Counted from the stretch's first letter, positions 1 through 9,670 are shown. The stretch is 64,000 nucleotides of DNA from an uncultured Oscillospiraceae bacterium (GCA_910578575.1 CAJTQP010000002.1:11245-75244); one strand, 5' to 3'. Notes: generated by a model from the sequence alone, not told the origin. A program made the numbers and translations.

Positions 1-32
1 AGCGGAAAGAAAAAATCGTGTCTTGGGAGTGA

Positions 33-632
33 GTGATCGTGTATCAAAAGCTCCCAAATCTTGTACTGGGGTTTCATGGATGCAGCAAAAAAGTATTTGA
101 TGAAGTAATCAAAGAGGGCGGCACGTTGAAAGCCAGCAATAACGTCTACGATTGGCTAGGCAGCGGCATCTACTTCTGGGAGCAAAATTTCGCCCGCGCC
201 TATGCATGGGCGGTAGCCCGAAACGGCAGGGAGCAAGCCGCTGTGGTTGGCGCTGTCCTCGACTTGGGATATTGCTTAAACTTGACGGATAGTGCAGGTT
301 CCGATATCCTACGCAGCGGGTATGCTCTGCTAAAAGATACCTGCGCCTTAGTTGGCATCCCCCTCCCCCAAAACCGGCAGTCTAAAAAGGGGAACGATAT
401 TTTGCTGCGAGACTTGGATTGTGCCGTCATTCAGCAGATCCATGAGTTCAACCGTAGCCAGGGAAAGGCAGAATTTGACTCCGTGCGCGGCGTTTTCACA
501 GAAGGTGGCCCGCCCTATGCGGGGTCTGCGTTCTATGAACGCACGCATATTCAGCTTTGCATCCGTAACCCCAACTGTATCAAAGGCTATTTCGCACCGC
601 GAAGCCCCCAAGCGGGGTACCCTAACCCGTGA
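33..632 (+). CDS. Hypothetical protein with ADP-ribosyltransferase (PARP/DUF3990)-like motifs
   Basis: GFHGC ... DWLGSGIYFWE ... HIQLC motifs; GTG start after GGGAGTGA; lower GC than neighbours. Confidence 0.6.
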   Translation: MIVYQKLPNLVLGFHGCSKKVFDEVIKEGGTLKASNNVYDWLGSGIYFWEQNFARAYAWAVARNGREQAAVVGAVLDLGYCLNLTDSAGSDILRSGYALLKDTCALVGIPLPQNRQSKKGNDILLRDLDCAVIQQIHEFNRSQGKAEFDSVRGVFTEGGPPYAGSAFYERTHIQLCIRNPNCIKGYFAPRSPQAGYPNP

Positions 633-688
633 TACGCTGCGGTATATCGTATGCTCACAAGAAAGTTCCGAGAATTTAGAAAAAGCGG

Positions 689-717
689 TTGATTTTTGTG
701 CCCTTGCCCGGTATAAT
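689..717 (+). promoter_or_regulatory. SigA promoter of thiolase
   Basis: TTGATT-N17-TATAAT. Confidence 0.7.
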
Positions 718-787
718 ATTTCGGTAAATGTATCGTCCATTTTCGCGGTCCCAGCGGCCGCAAATATTGTTTGGAGGTTCGATTCAC

Positions 788-2044
788 ATGAGAGAAGTAT
801 ATGTCATCAGCTCCTGCCGTACCGCAGTGGGTAAGTTCGGCGGCAGCCTGAAGGATATCCCCGCTGCCGACCTGGGTGCCACCGTCATCGCCGAGGCCCT
901 CAAGCGCGGCAACGTCAAGGGTGAGTGGTTGGACGAGGTCATGTTCGGCAACGTGCTCTCCGCCGCCCAGGGTCAGAACGTGGCCCGTCAGTGCGCTGTC
1001 AAGGCCGGTGTGCCCCTGAAGGTCCCCGCCTACACCGTGAGCATGGTCTGCGGCTCCGGCCTGAAGTCCGTCATCGAGGGTGCCCGCGCCATCCAGGCTG
1101 GCGATGCCGACCTGCTGATGTGCGGCGGCACCGAGAACATGTCCGCTGCCCCCTACGCCATCCCCTCCGCTCGTTGGGGCGCCCGCATGAACAACACCAC
1201 CCTCATCGACACCATGATCAAGGACGGCCTGTGGGATGCTTACAACAACTACCACATGGGCACCACCGCCGAGAACATCTGCGACATCTGGGGTATCACC
1301 CGTGAGGAGCTGGACGAGTTCGGCTTCAACTCCCAGAAGAAGGCCATGGCTGCCATCCAGGCTGGCCGCTTCAAGGACGAGATCGTTCCCGTCACCGTGA
1401 AGCAGAAGAAGAAGGAATTCGTCTTCGACACCGACGAAGATCCCCGTGAGACCACTCTGGAGAAGCTGGGCTCCCTGAAGGGCGCCTTTGCCAACTCCGA
1501 CGACAACACCAAGGACAAGGTGGACATGACCTTCGAGGCCACCCACATGACCCCCTCCGCCGACAACATCGGCATCAAGCGCGTCACCGCCGGCAACGCC
1601 TCCGGCATCAACGACGGCGCTGCCGCCATCATCCTGGCTTCCAAGGAAGCTGTGGACAAGTATGGCCTGAAGCCCCTGTTCAAGGTCATCTCCTGGGGCC
1701 AGGGCGGCGTGGACCCCAAGATCATGGGCACCGGCCCCATCCCCGCTTCCCGTCAGGCTCTGTCCAAGGCCAACCTGACCATCAACGACATGGACCTCAT
1801 CGAGGCCAACGAAGCCTTCGCTGCCCAGTCCATCGCTGTGGCCCGCGAGCTGGAGTTTGATATGTCCAAGGTCAACGTCAACGGCGGTGCCATCGCCATC
1901 GGCCACCCCGTCGGCTGCTCCGGCGCCCGCATCATCGTCACCCTGCTCCACGAGATGATGAAGCGTCCCGACGCCAAGAAGGGCCTGGCTACCCTGTGCA
2001 TCGGCGGCGGTCTGGGCGTGGCTGCCATCTTTGAGAAGTGCTAA
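788..2044 (+). CDS. thlA: Acetyl-CoA C-acetyltransferase (thiolase)
   Basis: [18 protein letters not shown] and LCIGGG thiolase motifs; ATG 788 after GGAGG; strong codon bias. Confidence 0.95.
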   Translation: MREVYVISSCRTAVGKFGGSLKDIPAADLGATVIAEALKRGNVKGEWLDEVMFGNVLSAAQGQNVARQCAVKAGVPLKVPAYTVSMVCGSGLKSVIEGARAIQAGDADLLMCGGTENMSAAPYAIPSARWGARMNNTTLIDTMIKDGLWDAYNNYHMGTTAENICDIWGITREELDEFGFNSQKKAMAAIQAGRFKDEIVPVTVKQKKKEFVFDTDEDPRETTLEKLGSLKGAFANSDDNTKDKVDMTFEATHMTPSADNIGIKRVTAGNASGINDGAAAIILASKEAVDKYGLKPLFKVISWGQGGVDPKIMGTGPIPASRQALSKANLTINDMDLIEANEAFAAQSIAVARELEFDMSKVNVNGGAIAIGHPVGCSGARIIVTLLHEMMKRPDAKKGLATLCIGGGLGVAAIFEKC

Positions 2045-2088
2045 GTTCTCACCCATAGGGATACGTCAGCCATTTTAATTTAACTGCG

Positions 2089-2129
2089 GCGAGGCCGCCT
2101 TTCCACTGGGAAGGGCGGCCTCATTTTTT
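2089..2129 (+). terminator. Intrinsic terminator
   Basis: gaggccgccttt...gaagggcggcctc stem followed by T run. Confidence 0.8.
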
Positions 2130-2136
2130 CGTCTAC

Positions 2137-2205
2137 CTATGCTTTTTCACGATAGAAACCCATGAAAAATAAGTATTAGACATTTCCCCTCCCCTTCGCT
2201 ATACT
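2137..2205 (+). promoter_or_regulatory. LysR-type box plus promoter of the cupin operon
   Basis: CTAT-N11-ATAG (T-N11-A) at 2137-2155; TAGACA-N17-TATACT at 2177-2205. Confidence 0.55.
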
Positions 2206-2237
2206 GACTACAACAACACCAAAAGGAGCGATGGAGC

Positions 2238-2675
2238 ATGAAAACCATGGATGGCACCGCCTTTGCCCAAGAAAACCTCTTCGGCCTGGGCCAGGAGAAC
2301 AGCGCTTACGCCCAATATTTCACCGGCAATTCCTACCTGAACCCCCTTACCGTCCCCGGTGAGACCCCGGTGTTTCTGGCCAACGTGACCTTCGAGCCGG
2401 GTTGCCGGAACAACTGGCACATCCACCACGCCAAACACGGCGGCGGTCAGCTGCTGATCTGCACCGCCGGCAGCGGCTGGTATCAGGAGGCGGGCCGGGC
2501 CCCGGTGAGCCTGGAGCCGGGGATGGTCATCACCATCCCCCCAGAGGTAAAGCACTGGCACGGAGCCAAGAAGGACAGTTGGTTCGCCCACATCGCCGTG
2601 GAGGTCCCCGGCGAGGAGACAGCCAACGAATGGTTGGAGCCGGTGGACGAAGCCCATTACGAAGCGCTGTCCTGA
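2238..2675 (+). CDS. Cupin domain protein
   Basis: NVTFEPGCRNNWHIH and VKHWHGA cupin motifs. Confidence 0.9.
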   Translation: MKTMDGTAFAQENLFGLGQENSAYAQYFTGNSYLNPLTVPGETPVFLANVTFEPGCRNNWHIHHAKHGGGQLLICTAGSGWYQEAGRAPVSLEPGMVITIPPEVKHWHGAKKDSWFAHIAVEVPGEETANEWLEPVDEAHYEALS

Positions 2676-2697
2676 GACAGGGAAAGGAGACGGCAAC

Positions 2698-3405
2698 ATG
2701 GATTTTTACAAAACCGACCCGGAATTTATGGCCCGCTTGGACCACTTTATGGTAGAAGAGGTTCCCCAGGAGCCCGGCCAACAGCTCCCGGAACCCACCC
2801 GCCACCTGGCCATCCTGGCCACCCTCCTGGGCTGTCAGGGCTTGGAGGCCTTCCAGGACCAGCTCCCCCAGGCCCTGGAGGCGGGCCTCACACCGGTGAT
2901 GGTAAAGGAACTGGTCTATCAGGCTGTGGACTACCTGGGTTGGGGACGGGTGAAACCCTTCCTCACCGCCACCAACGCCATCTTGACCGCCCGCGGCGTG
3001 GCCCTCCCCCTGCCGGGACAGGCCACCACCACCTTGGAGGACCGCCTGGAACGGGGCGCGGAGACCCAGGCGGCCATCTTCGGCCCCCACATGCTGGAGG
3101 CCTGGAAGCAAAACCACATCAACCGCTGGCTGGCGGCCAACTGCTTTGGGGACTACTACACCCGCACCGGCCTGGACCTGCCCCAGCGGGAGCTCATCAC
3201 CTTCTGCCTCCTCTCCGCCCAGGGGGGCTGCGACCCCCAGCTCACCACCCACGCCAGGGCAAACATGCTCCTGGGCCAGGATGTGGCATTCCTGCGCAAA
3301 GTCATCTCCCAGTGCCTGCCCTACATCGGCTATCCCCGGAGCCTCAACGCCATCGCCTGTGTGGAAAAGGCGGCAGAGCAATGGGCGCAACAGCACACAC
3401 CATGA
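2698..3405 (+). CDS. Carboxymuconolactone decarboxylase family protein (two CMD repeats)
   Basis: FGDYYTRTGLD..RELIT and PYIGYPRSLNA motifs. Confidence 0.88.
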   Translation: MDFYKTDPEFMARLDHFMVEEVPQEPGQQLPEPTRHLAILATLLGCQGLEAFQDQLPQALEAGLTPVMVKELVYQAVDYLGWGRVKPFLTATNAILTARGVALPLPGQATTTLEDRLERGAETQAAIFGPHMLEAWKQNHINRWLAANCFGDYYTRTGLDLPQRELITFCLLSAQGGCDPQLTTHARANMLLGQDVAFLRKVISQCLPYIGYPRSLNAIACVEKAAEQWAQQHTP

Positions 3406-3423
3406 TAGGAAAGGAGTCCCTTT

Positions 3424-4677
3424 ATGAACCTGAGAAAATCCACCGCCGCCCTGCTCTCCCTGGTGCTCCTGCTGGGCCTGGGCACCACCGCCTGTGCCGC
3501 CCCGGCGCAGCAGGTAGAGAACCCCAGCGGCTACGCCGACGTGACCCCCGGCGACTGGTTTTACGACGCCGTCACCTACTGCCAGCAACAGGGCCTCATG
3601 ACCGGCACCTCCCCCACCCACTTCGACCCCCAGGGCAGCATGACCCGCGCCATGCTCTCCACCGCCCTGTACCGTCAGGCGGGGAGCCCGGCCGTCAGCG
3701 GCAAGGCGGGCAACCGCTTCGACCCCCAGGGCACCGCCACGCGGGCGGAGGTGGCGGCGATCCTGAGAAACCTCGCCACCAACAGCACCCCCGACCCAGC
3801 AGAGGGGAAGGTGCTCATCGCCTACTTCTCCTGCACCAACAACACCGCCAACATCGCCCAACACATCCAGGCCGCTCTTCCCGGCGCCACCCTCTACCAG
3901 ATCACCCCCGCCCAGCCCTACACCGCCGCTGACCTGAACTATAGCAACGACGACTGCCGGGCCAACCGGGAACAGCAGGACCCCGCCACCCGTCCGGCCC
4001 TGGCCGGTCAGGTGGAAAACCTGGCGGAATACGACGTGGTGTTCCTGGGCTACCCCATCTGGTGGGGCCAGCCTCCCAAGATCATCTACAGCTTCCTGGA
4101 AGCCCATGACCTCCAGGGCAAGACGGTGGTCCCCTTCTGCACCTCCGGTGGCAGCGGCTACAGCGACGCCGGCATCCGGGACATCCCCCAGGGGGCCAAC
4201 TGGGTCACCGGCCAGCGCTTCTCCGGCGGGGCCTCTCAGAGCAGCGTGCAGGCCTGGGTGGAGGGGCTGGACCTGCCCACCACCCCCGAAACGCCATCCA
4301 CAGAGGAGGGGACCAATCTCATGACCATCGAAGCAAACGGCAGCACTTGGACTGCCACCCTGGTGGAGAACTCCTCCACCGCCGCCTTGAAAGAGCGCCT
4401 GGGTCAAGGGCCCCTCACCCTCTCCATGGAGGACTATAACAGTATGGAAAAGGTGGGCCCCCTGGGCTTCGACCTCCCCACCAACGATGCGCCCATCGAC
4501 GCCCAGACCGGGGACCTGATCCTCTACCAGGGGAATCAACTGGTGCTATACTATGGCACCAACCACTGGAACTTCACCCGCTTGGGGAAGCTCAACGGCG
4601 TGAGCCGGGAGGAGATGCTACAGGTGCTGGGACGGGGGGATGTGGAAATCACCCTGCGCCTGGGGGCACCAAGCTAA
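3424..4677 (+). CDS. Secreted SLH + flavodoxin + cyclophilin-like fusion protein
   Basis: Signal peptide; SLH motifs (DV..GDWFYDAV, FDPQG..TRA twice); flavodoxin IAYFSCTNNT, LGYPIWWG, FCTSGGSG; C-terminal GDLILYQGNQLVLYY. Confidence 0.8.
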   Translation: MNLRKSTAALLSLVLLLGLGTTACAAPAQQVENPSGYADVTPGDWFYDAVTYCQQQGLMTGTSPTHFDPQGSMTRAMLSTALYRQAGSPAVSGKAGNRFDPQGTATRAEVAAILRNLATNSTPDPAEGKVLIAYFSCTNNTANIAQHIQAALPGATLYQITPAQPYTAADLNYSNDDCRANREQQDPATRPALAGQVENLAEYDVVFLGYPIWWGQPPKIIYSFLEAHDLQGKTVVPFCTSGGSGYSDAGIRDIPQGANWVTGQRFSGGASQSSVQAWVEGLDLPTTPETPSTEEGTNLMTIEANGSTWTATLVENSSTAALKERLGQGPLTLSMEDYNSMEKVGPLGFDLPTNDAPIDAQTGDLILYQGNQLVLYYGTNHWNFTRLGKLNGVSREEMLQVLGRGDVEITLRLGAPS

Positions 4678-4697
4678 AATATCCCACAAACAGAACG

Positions 4698-4730
4698 AAG
4701 GGGCCGCAACAACCACGTTGCGGCCCCTTT
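4698..4730. terminator. Bidirectional terminator
   Basis: aaggggccgcaac...gttgcggcccctt between convergent genes. Confidence 0.8.
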
Positions 4731-4747
4731 GTTGAAACACTAGGGAG

Positions 4748-5203
4748 CTAATAGTCCCACTGCTCTCTGGCCTTCTCAAACAGCGTGTCCAGCTTCTCCC
4801 GGTTTTCCGACACCAACTGTTTGATCTGCTCCGATGCGTTCTCCTCTGGCATTCCGTCCGCAGTGAGCATCACCATGTGGCCCTTACTATCCTTGTCAGG
4901 AATCAATGCGCCAAAGGTTGTTTCCTTAAAAATTCCCGGCCAAATAATCAATGCGCAATCACCGAATTGATAGGGCTGAATCCCCAGGTTTCCTGTAAAG
5001 CTCAAATAATCTGGGAGCTTTACATTATACGTATAGCCATCCCGCTCATTGATAACATAGGTTTGATGGGAATAGATTTCTTCCATTCCTTCAATGAAGC
5101 CATGATATGTATTCCACACGATCAAACCCCAAACTAAGTTATAGATGGCAAACATCCCCACAAGAACCAGCAGGATGATCCATTTTTTTGAACGTTTTTT
5201 CAT
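4748..5203 (-). CDS. Membrane-anchored hypothetical protein of bacteriocin locus (possible immunity)
   Basis: Basic N-terminus plus one TM helix; start overlaps the ABC ATPase stop. Confidence 0.65.
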   Translation of the reverse strand: MKKRSKKWIILLVLVGMFAIYNLVWGLIVWNTYHGFIEGMEEIYSHQTYVINERDGYTYNVKLPDYLSFTGNLGIQPYQFGDCALIIWPGIFKETTFGALIPDKDSKGHMVMLTADGMPEENASEQIKQLVSENREKLDTLFEKAREQWDY

Positions 5204-5808
5204 AATTCCACCACCCGCCAACCACGGTTTTTAATCCCCTCATCGTGGGTTACGATTACGACAGTTTTTCCCTTTTGATGGAAGTCCTCTAAAATGGAGA
5301 GAACACGTTCGGCGTTTTTCCGGTCCAATGACCCCGTGGGCTCATCCGCCAATATGATGTCGCATTTCTTGACCATCAGCCGCGCCAGGGCCACCCGCTG
5401 CTGCTCCCCACCGGATAACTCATACACCGTTTGGTCGATCTTATCCTCAAGGCCAACATAGTCCAGGGCTTCCTCGATGGAAATCCCCGAAGCGTTGCTT
5501 TTCCGGATCAGGTTCAAATTCTTCCGCACCGTCATGTCCTCAATGAGGACAAAATTCTGAAACAGAAACCCCACCTTGTTGGCGAAATAGTCCCGGTGGG
5601 TTTTGGGGGCATTGATATCAATGCCATCCACCATCACTTGTCCGCCGTCAAAGGGTTCCAGGGCCCCGATGATATGTAGCAAAGTGGTTTTCCCCGACCC
5701 GCTCTCCCCGGAAAGGACGATCATCTCTCCCGTTGGGATGGTCAAGGAGAAATCTTGGAAAATCTGATGTTCCCCATAGGCTTTGTTCAGCCCTGTAATG
5801 GCAATCAT
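5200..5808 (-). CDS. ABC transporter ATP-binding protein (bacteriocin-associated)
   Basis: GESGSGKT, LSGGEQQR, LADEPTGSLD. Confidence 0.92.
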   Translation of the reverse strand: MIAITGLNKAYGEHQIFQDFSLTIPTGEMIVLSGESGSGKTTLLHIIGALEPFDGGQVMVDGIDINAPKTHRDYFANKVGFLFQNFVLIEDMTVRKNLNLIRKSNASGISIEEALDYVGLEDKIDQTVYELSGGEQQRVALARLMVKKCDIILADEPTGSLDRKNAERVLSILEDFHQKGKTVVIVTHDEGIKNRGWRVVEL

Positions 5809-7721
5809 AGGCTCCCTCCCTTCAAAATCCGGTTCATATTGACCCGCTCCATCTTGCGCATATAGTGAAGCGAACACAACAAATCGATCCCTAACATCAC
5901 CGCGCCGCCAACTACATTGTAAACCATCCCTTCCCGTCCCAGGAGATATCGCACCAGGCAGCTGATGAAGACGGCAAGGGCGGCGGAACCCAAGGAGAGT
6001 AGTACCGGCTTCCAGTTTCTCCCAAGAGCCCCATACCCAAACAGCTTTTTCAGCGTCAACTCCACGGCGTTGATCTTATAATCATAAAATACCATGCTTC
6101 TGAGAATGACCAGGTTGATGGCTAAGATCAAGACAGAGAATATGATCCCCGCAATCATGTTCCGCTTGGCACCTTCCAACTGGAAGAAATAGTTTTCCTG
6201 GGCGTTGGTGAAGTAGTTGACGATGCCTCTGGCTTCCAGGTCCTCCCGCTCCTGGGCGTTGACTTCCAGCAAAGCATTTTCCAGAATATACCCAAAATTA
6301 GAAAAGGCATCGTAGCTTGCTGCGCCAAGATTATTATAAAGGATAATAGTGTCTTTTTGGATGGAACTTGTAACTGTCATCCCGGTGATTTTCATGGCGA
6401 TGCTATTGGTCCGCTTACATTCGATCACTTCATAGTCATAAGAGCCCGAATAATATCCTTCCCAGGTTCCCAATGCGTCCGCTATTATGGAATCGTTGTT
6501 TTTATATTTTTCTGGAATGAGAATATATAATTTTTGTTCTAAGCGCATGGTTTTTAATTCTGGAATTTGTCCCTCTAAATATGTTTTTGCACTGTCATCG
6601 GCATAAACATAGCACTCATTTTCCGAAAAGCCCTCCAAGTTAACCAAGACAAGGCGATTCCGTTCTTCGAACAGATCTTCCCTCAGGTTGATATCCCACG
6701 CCTTCCCTTGGACTACATAGGTATCGGGACTTGCAGGGTTAAAATAATAATAGCCGCGATAACTTTGGAAAAAATCTCCTTGCCGGTAGCAGTCCGTGCC
6801 ACTCTTGATAAGGCCCAGCGTTCCATTCAGCATAAGGATTGCAATTAACATGACAACAAATTTATAGACATAACTTATTTTTAGCACCTTTTTTGCGCTT
6901 TGATTGGAGGAAACATCCCTTCTAAAGTCGATTTTTAGCATTTGCAGATGCAACAGTGCGTTGAGCCCGATAAACACAAGGAATAGGATGATTGTGATTC
7001 CAATATGGTATTTGATTTCCGCAAAGAGGCCTGTGATACAGAGCAATATAAGGAGAATTGATGTAAATGCTACCGCATCCTTTTTCATGTTCGACCAGAC
7101 AAATGCGGTCAGGGGCTCCCCGGAAATCATCCGCACCACGCCCTCCTTTCGGAGCATCGCAACCTCATACATGGATAGCAGCAACAGGAAGGTATAGATG
7201 ATGGCCCATAGCCCTATGATTTCCAAACGATCCTCATCGACACCCCTGATTTCTTGGGGGAAGTTCCCGGCATATTTATCAACCAACTGTTGTTTGAAGA
7301 GAACATTCTCCTCATAGGTTCCCAACAAATAAAAATAAGTAGGGGTAACATCCTCTGGAACCTGGTCCAGCGAAGCATAGTTGACGGTTAAATTTCCAAG
7401 AATAATGCTCTGAAACACTCCTGGACGAATCATTTTTTCCTTTAATTTTTCTTTCGCGTGGTCTGTCCCGTATACTTCAATTATAAACGAAAAACTGTTG
7501 TCGGTTTTCGTGTCAGCAATAAACACCTCAATCCCAGTCTCTGCCGCTGCGGCTTTTACGTCTTCCAGCATATCCTGTTTCTGCTGACCCTCTTGTAAAT
7601 ATAGCGTCGTGGACGGAAACCTGGAGTAAAAAGAAATGACATACCATGTATAAATTTCCCCAATGAGAACCAATACCACAAAAATCAGCGCGATACTCAT
7701 TCCATATTTGGCCCTTCTCAA
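5805..7721 (-). CDS. Bacteriocin-associated integral membrane protein (DUF1430-like permease)
   Basis: About 640 aa with two TM clusters and large loops; KKLFGY motif; TTG start after GGAGGTGA. Confidence 0.7.
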   Translation of the reverse strand: MRRAKYGMSIALIFVVLVLIGEIYTWYVISFYSRFPSTTLYLQEGQQKQDMLEDVKAAAAETGIEVFIADTKTDNSFSFIIEVYGTDHAKEKLKEKMIRPGVFQSIILGNLTVNYASLDQVPEDVTPTYFYLLGTYEENVLFKQQLVDKYAGNFPQEIRGVDEDRLEIIGLWAIIYTFLLLLSMYEVAMLRKEGVVRMISGEPLTAFVWSNMKKDAVAFTSILLILLCITGLFAEIKYHIGITIILFLVFIGLNALLHLQMLKIDFRRDVSSNQSAKKVLKISYVYKFVVMLIAILMLNGTLGLIKSGTDCYRQGDFFQSYRGYYYFNPASPDTYVVQGKAWDINLREDLFEERNRLVLVNLEGFSENECYVYADDSAKTYLEGQIPELKTMRLEQKLYILIPEKYKNNDSIIADALGTWEGYYSGSYDYEVIECKRTNSIAMKITGMTVTSSIQKDTIILYNNLGAASYDAFSNFGYILENALLEVNAQEREDLEARGIVNYFTNAQENYFFQLEGAKRNMIAGIIFSVLILAINLVILRSMVFYDYKINAVELTLKKLFGYGALGRNWKPVLLSLGSAALAVFISCLVRYLLGREGMVYNVVGGAVMLGIDLLCSLHYMRKMERVNMNRILKGGSL

Positions 7722-7747
7722 TTCCTCACCTCCATCTATTTTTGATT

Positions 7748-7788
7748 GCCCGCCGTAACATGGCGGAAAAGCCATGTTACGGCGGGAA
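7748..7788 (-). terminator. Strong intergenic stem-loop after the bacteriocin gene
   Basis: cccgccgtaacatggc-ggaaaa-gccatgttacggcggg, 16-bp perfect stem. Confidence 0.7.
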
Positions 7789-7792
7789 TTTG

Positions 7793-8176
7793 TTAGAAGA
7801 AGCAATAATAGGCAACTTCAGGTGTCATGTGCGGTATTTCCTTTTTCGAAACAGTTCCTGCAACCTTTTCTGTCCCCTTATACGTTTGGTTGTTCCTGGC
7901 AACTGCCGCTCGATGTTTTTTCGTACTATGATTTGCCCAAGCATAGTCCTCATGAACCGCAAAGGTATTGTAGCCATAGGTTAAACTTGCGCGACCTGAG
8001 TCTCCAGAGTGATACAATTGCCATGCCTTGGAAAATGAACCATCATAAATAGCCCAAATCCCTCCAGCGCCTTCTCCACTCCCCGAAGCAGACGCTGTTG
8101 CCGACATAGCAAAGAGCATCGAAAAACAAAAAGCCAAGCTGAGAATCCCTGTCAAAATCCTTTTCTTACGCATCAT
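7793..8176 (-). CDS. Lactococcin 972-like secreted bacteriocin precursor
   Basis: Sec signal peptide (..SATASA), small basic mature part with NHSTKKHRAAV resembling the Lcn972 H-x3-H motif; typical precursor-permease-ATPase order; start may be 8173, 8176 or 8179. Confidence 0.65.
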   Translation of the reverse strand: MMRKKRILTGILSLAFCFSMLFAMSATASASGSGEGAGGIWAIYDGSFSKAWQLYHSGDSGRASLTYGYNTFAVHEDYAWANHSTKKHRAAVARNNQTYKGTEKVAGTVSKKEIPHMTPEVAYYCFF

Positions 8177-8624
8177 CATTTCCTCCTTTGTAGACAGTCC
8201 TCTTTACTACGATGTGGAAAAAAGTTTCATTCGCATCCCTCCCTCGCCCGCCGCGAAATGGGCACCTTGATTGAAGCTTCTGTCTATATATTCCTCCAAC
8301 AGGCCAAAAGTGGACACAATTTTTGAAAACTTTTGAAAAAAAGCTTTCTTTCATAGAATATTGTGAAAATCTGACAGATTTTGATCGGTTGCACCAATGT
8401 CTTACCGGGCAGGACACCCAGCAGCCCTTTCCCTTGGGACAGCTCCTTTCCTCTACATTATACCTACTTGTCCCCACAACACAATACATTTTTAAGCCTT
8501 TGTTCTTCTATATATCCCTTTACAAAAGGGAAACTATGAATCAGTTCTCCCCTCCCTTTCGACTTGCTTTTCTTCCGCCGTTGCCCTATACTATTGCTAT
8601 CCTATCACAAGGGGGACGGCGCCG

Positions 8625-9323
8625 TTGAAGCCTGCGAACACAGTGGAACAAAACTTATCCGGCCTCTGTCCCGCGCTGCTCGCCTTGGCGGCAAGGTACC
8701 AGGCGGAAAAGCTCATCCTCTTCGGCTCCCGCGCCAGAGGCGACCACCGCCAAACCAGCGACATCGACCTGGCCATTTACGGGATGCCGCAGGAAAACCA
8801 TGCCCTCTTTTGGTCCGAGATCGACGACTTGCCCACCCTGCTGAGCTTTGATCTCGTCCACATCTCCCCCCACACGTCCCCCGCGCTTTTGGCCAACATC
8901 GAAAAGGATGGTGTCATTCTCATGGAGCGAAGCAAGGAAAAACGCGACAAGCTAAAAGACGCCCTGGCCCGCCTGGAGGAGGCCCTGGAGGAATACGGCA
9001 CCACCCAAAGCTCTGTCGTCCGGGACGGTGTCATCCAGCGTTTTGAGTTTTGCACCGAACTGGCCTGGAAGGCCGCCCGCGCATACCTCCTGGACCAGGG
9101 CTACACGGAGATCAACAGCCCAAAGGCCGTGATGCGCAAGGCCTATGCCGATGGGCTGATTGCCGACCAGGAGGGCTGGCTCAAGCTCCTGGAGGACCAC
9201 AACCTCACCTCTTACCTATACGACGACAACACGGCTGCCCTGGTTTTTCAGCGGATCCAGGCGGCACACTTGGGGCTTTTCCGTTCCCTTTCCCAAGCGC
9301 TGGAGAAACTGCATGAATCGTGA
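8625..9323 (+). CDS. Fused minimal nucleotidyltransferase (MNT) + HEPN (HI0074-like) protein
   Basis: LFGSRARGD..SDIDLA; RDGVIQRFEFCTELAWK; possible internal ATG at 8922. Confidence 0.85.
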   Translation: MKPANTVEQNLSGLCPALLALAARYQAEKLILFGSRARGDHRQTSDIDLAIYGMPQENHALFWSEIDDLPTLLSFDLVHISPHTSPALLANIEKDGVILMERSKEKRDKLKDALARLEEALEEYGTTQSSVVRDGVIQRFEFCTELAWKAARAYLLDQGYTEINSPKAVMRKAYADGLIADQEGWLKLLEDHNLTSYLYDDNTAALVFQRIQAAHLGLFRSLSQALEKLHES

Positions 9324-9397
9324 CCAAGCGCTTTCCCTGTGAAGCCGTTCAGAGAGACAAGAAACTGAAAAACGAATTGACAAGGAGGGTCCCACTG

Positions 9398-9670
9398 ATG
9401 ATGTATCCCTTTATGACCCTAGATGACCAAGCTGAAATCGTTCATTCTGAAATGAAACCAGATGGCCGGGTGAAGGTTTATGTTGAGAAGCCCGATGAAA
9501 AGGATTTTTTCCACAACGCCGTTTGCTGGGTCCCCGGCTATCAGTGGGAAGAGATCAACGGCTTTTGTCAGGAGGAGTTGGACAGATACGACGAGGTCAT
9601 CCGCTCCACCGCTCATCTGATTTTAGAGTTTTCCCAACGGGGAGGGCTGATGAATGCCTCAAATCTTTAA
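9398..9670 (+). CDS. Small hypothetical protein, partner of DUF4160 gene
   Basis: AGGAGG RBS; paralogue at 57425-57694; overlaps next gene. Confidence 0.8.
   Translation: MMYPFMTLDDQAEIVHSEMKPDGRVKVYVEKPDEKDFFHNAVCWVPGYQWEEINGFCQEELDRYDEVIRSTAHLILEFSQRGGLMNASNL

Noticed and set aside
587..2056. 489-aa ORF antisense to thiolase
   Set aside because: Shadow of a strongly codon-biased gene; no motifs
2530..4539. 669-aa minus-strand ORF (also 10006-11631, 55252-56928, 59779-61737)
   Set aside because: All overlap well-supported genes on the opposite strand and have low-complexity G/V/L/H composition
8166..8628. Short ORFs and a possible riboswitch upstream of the bacteriocin gene
   Set aside because: No RBS, coding bias or recognisable aptamer consensus; likely promoter DNA
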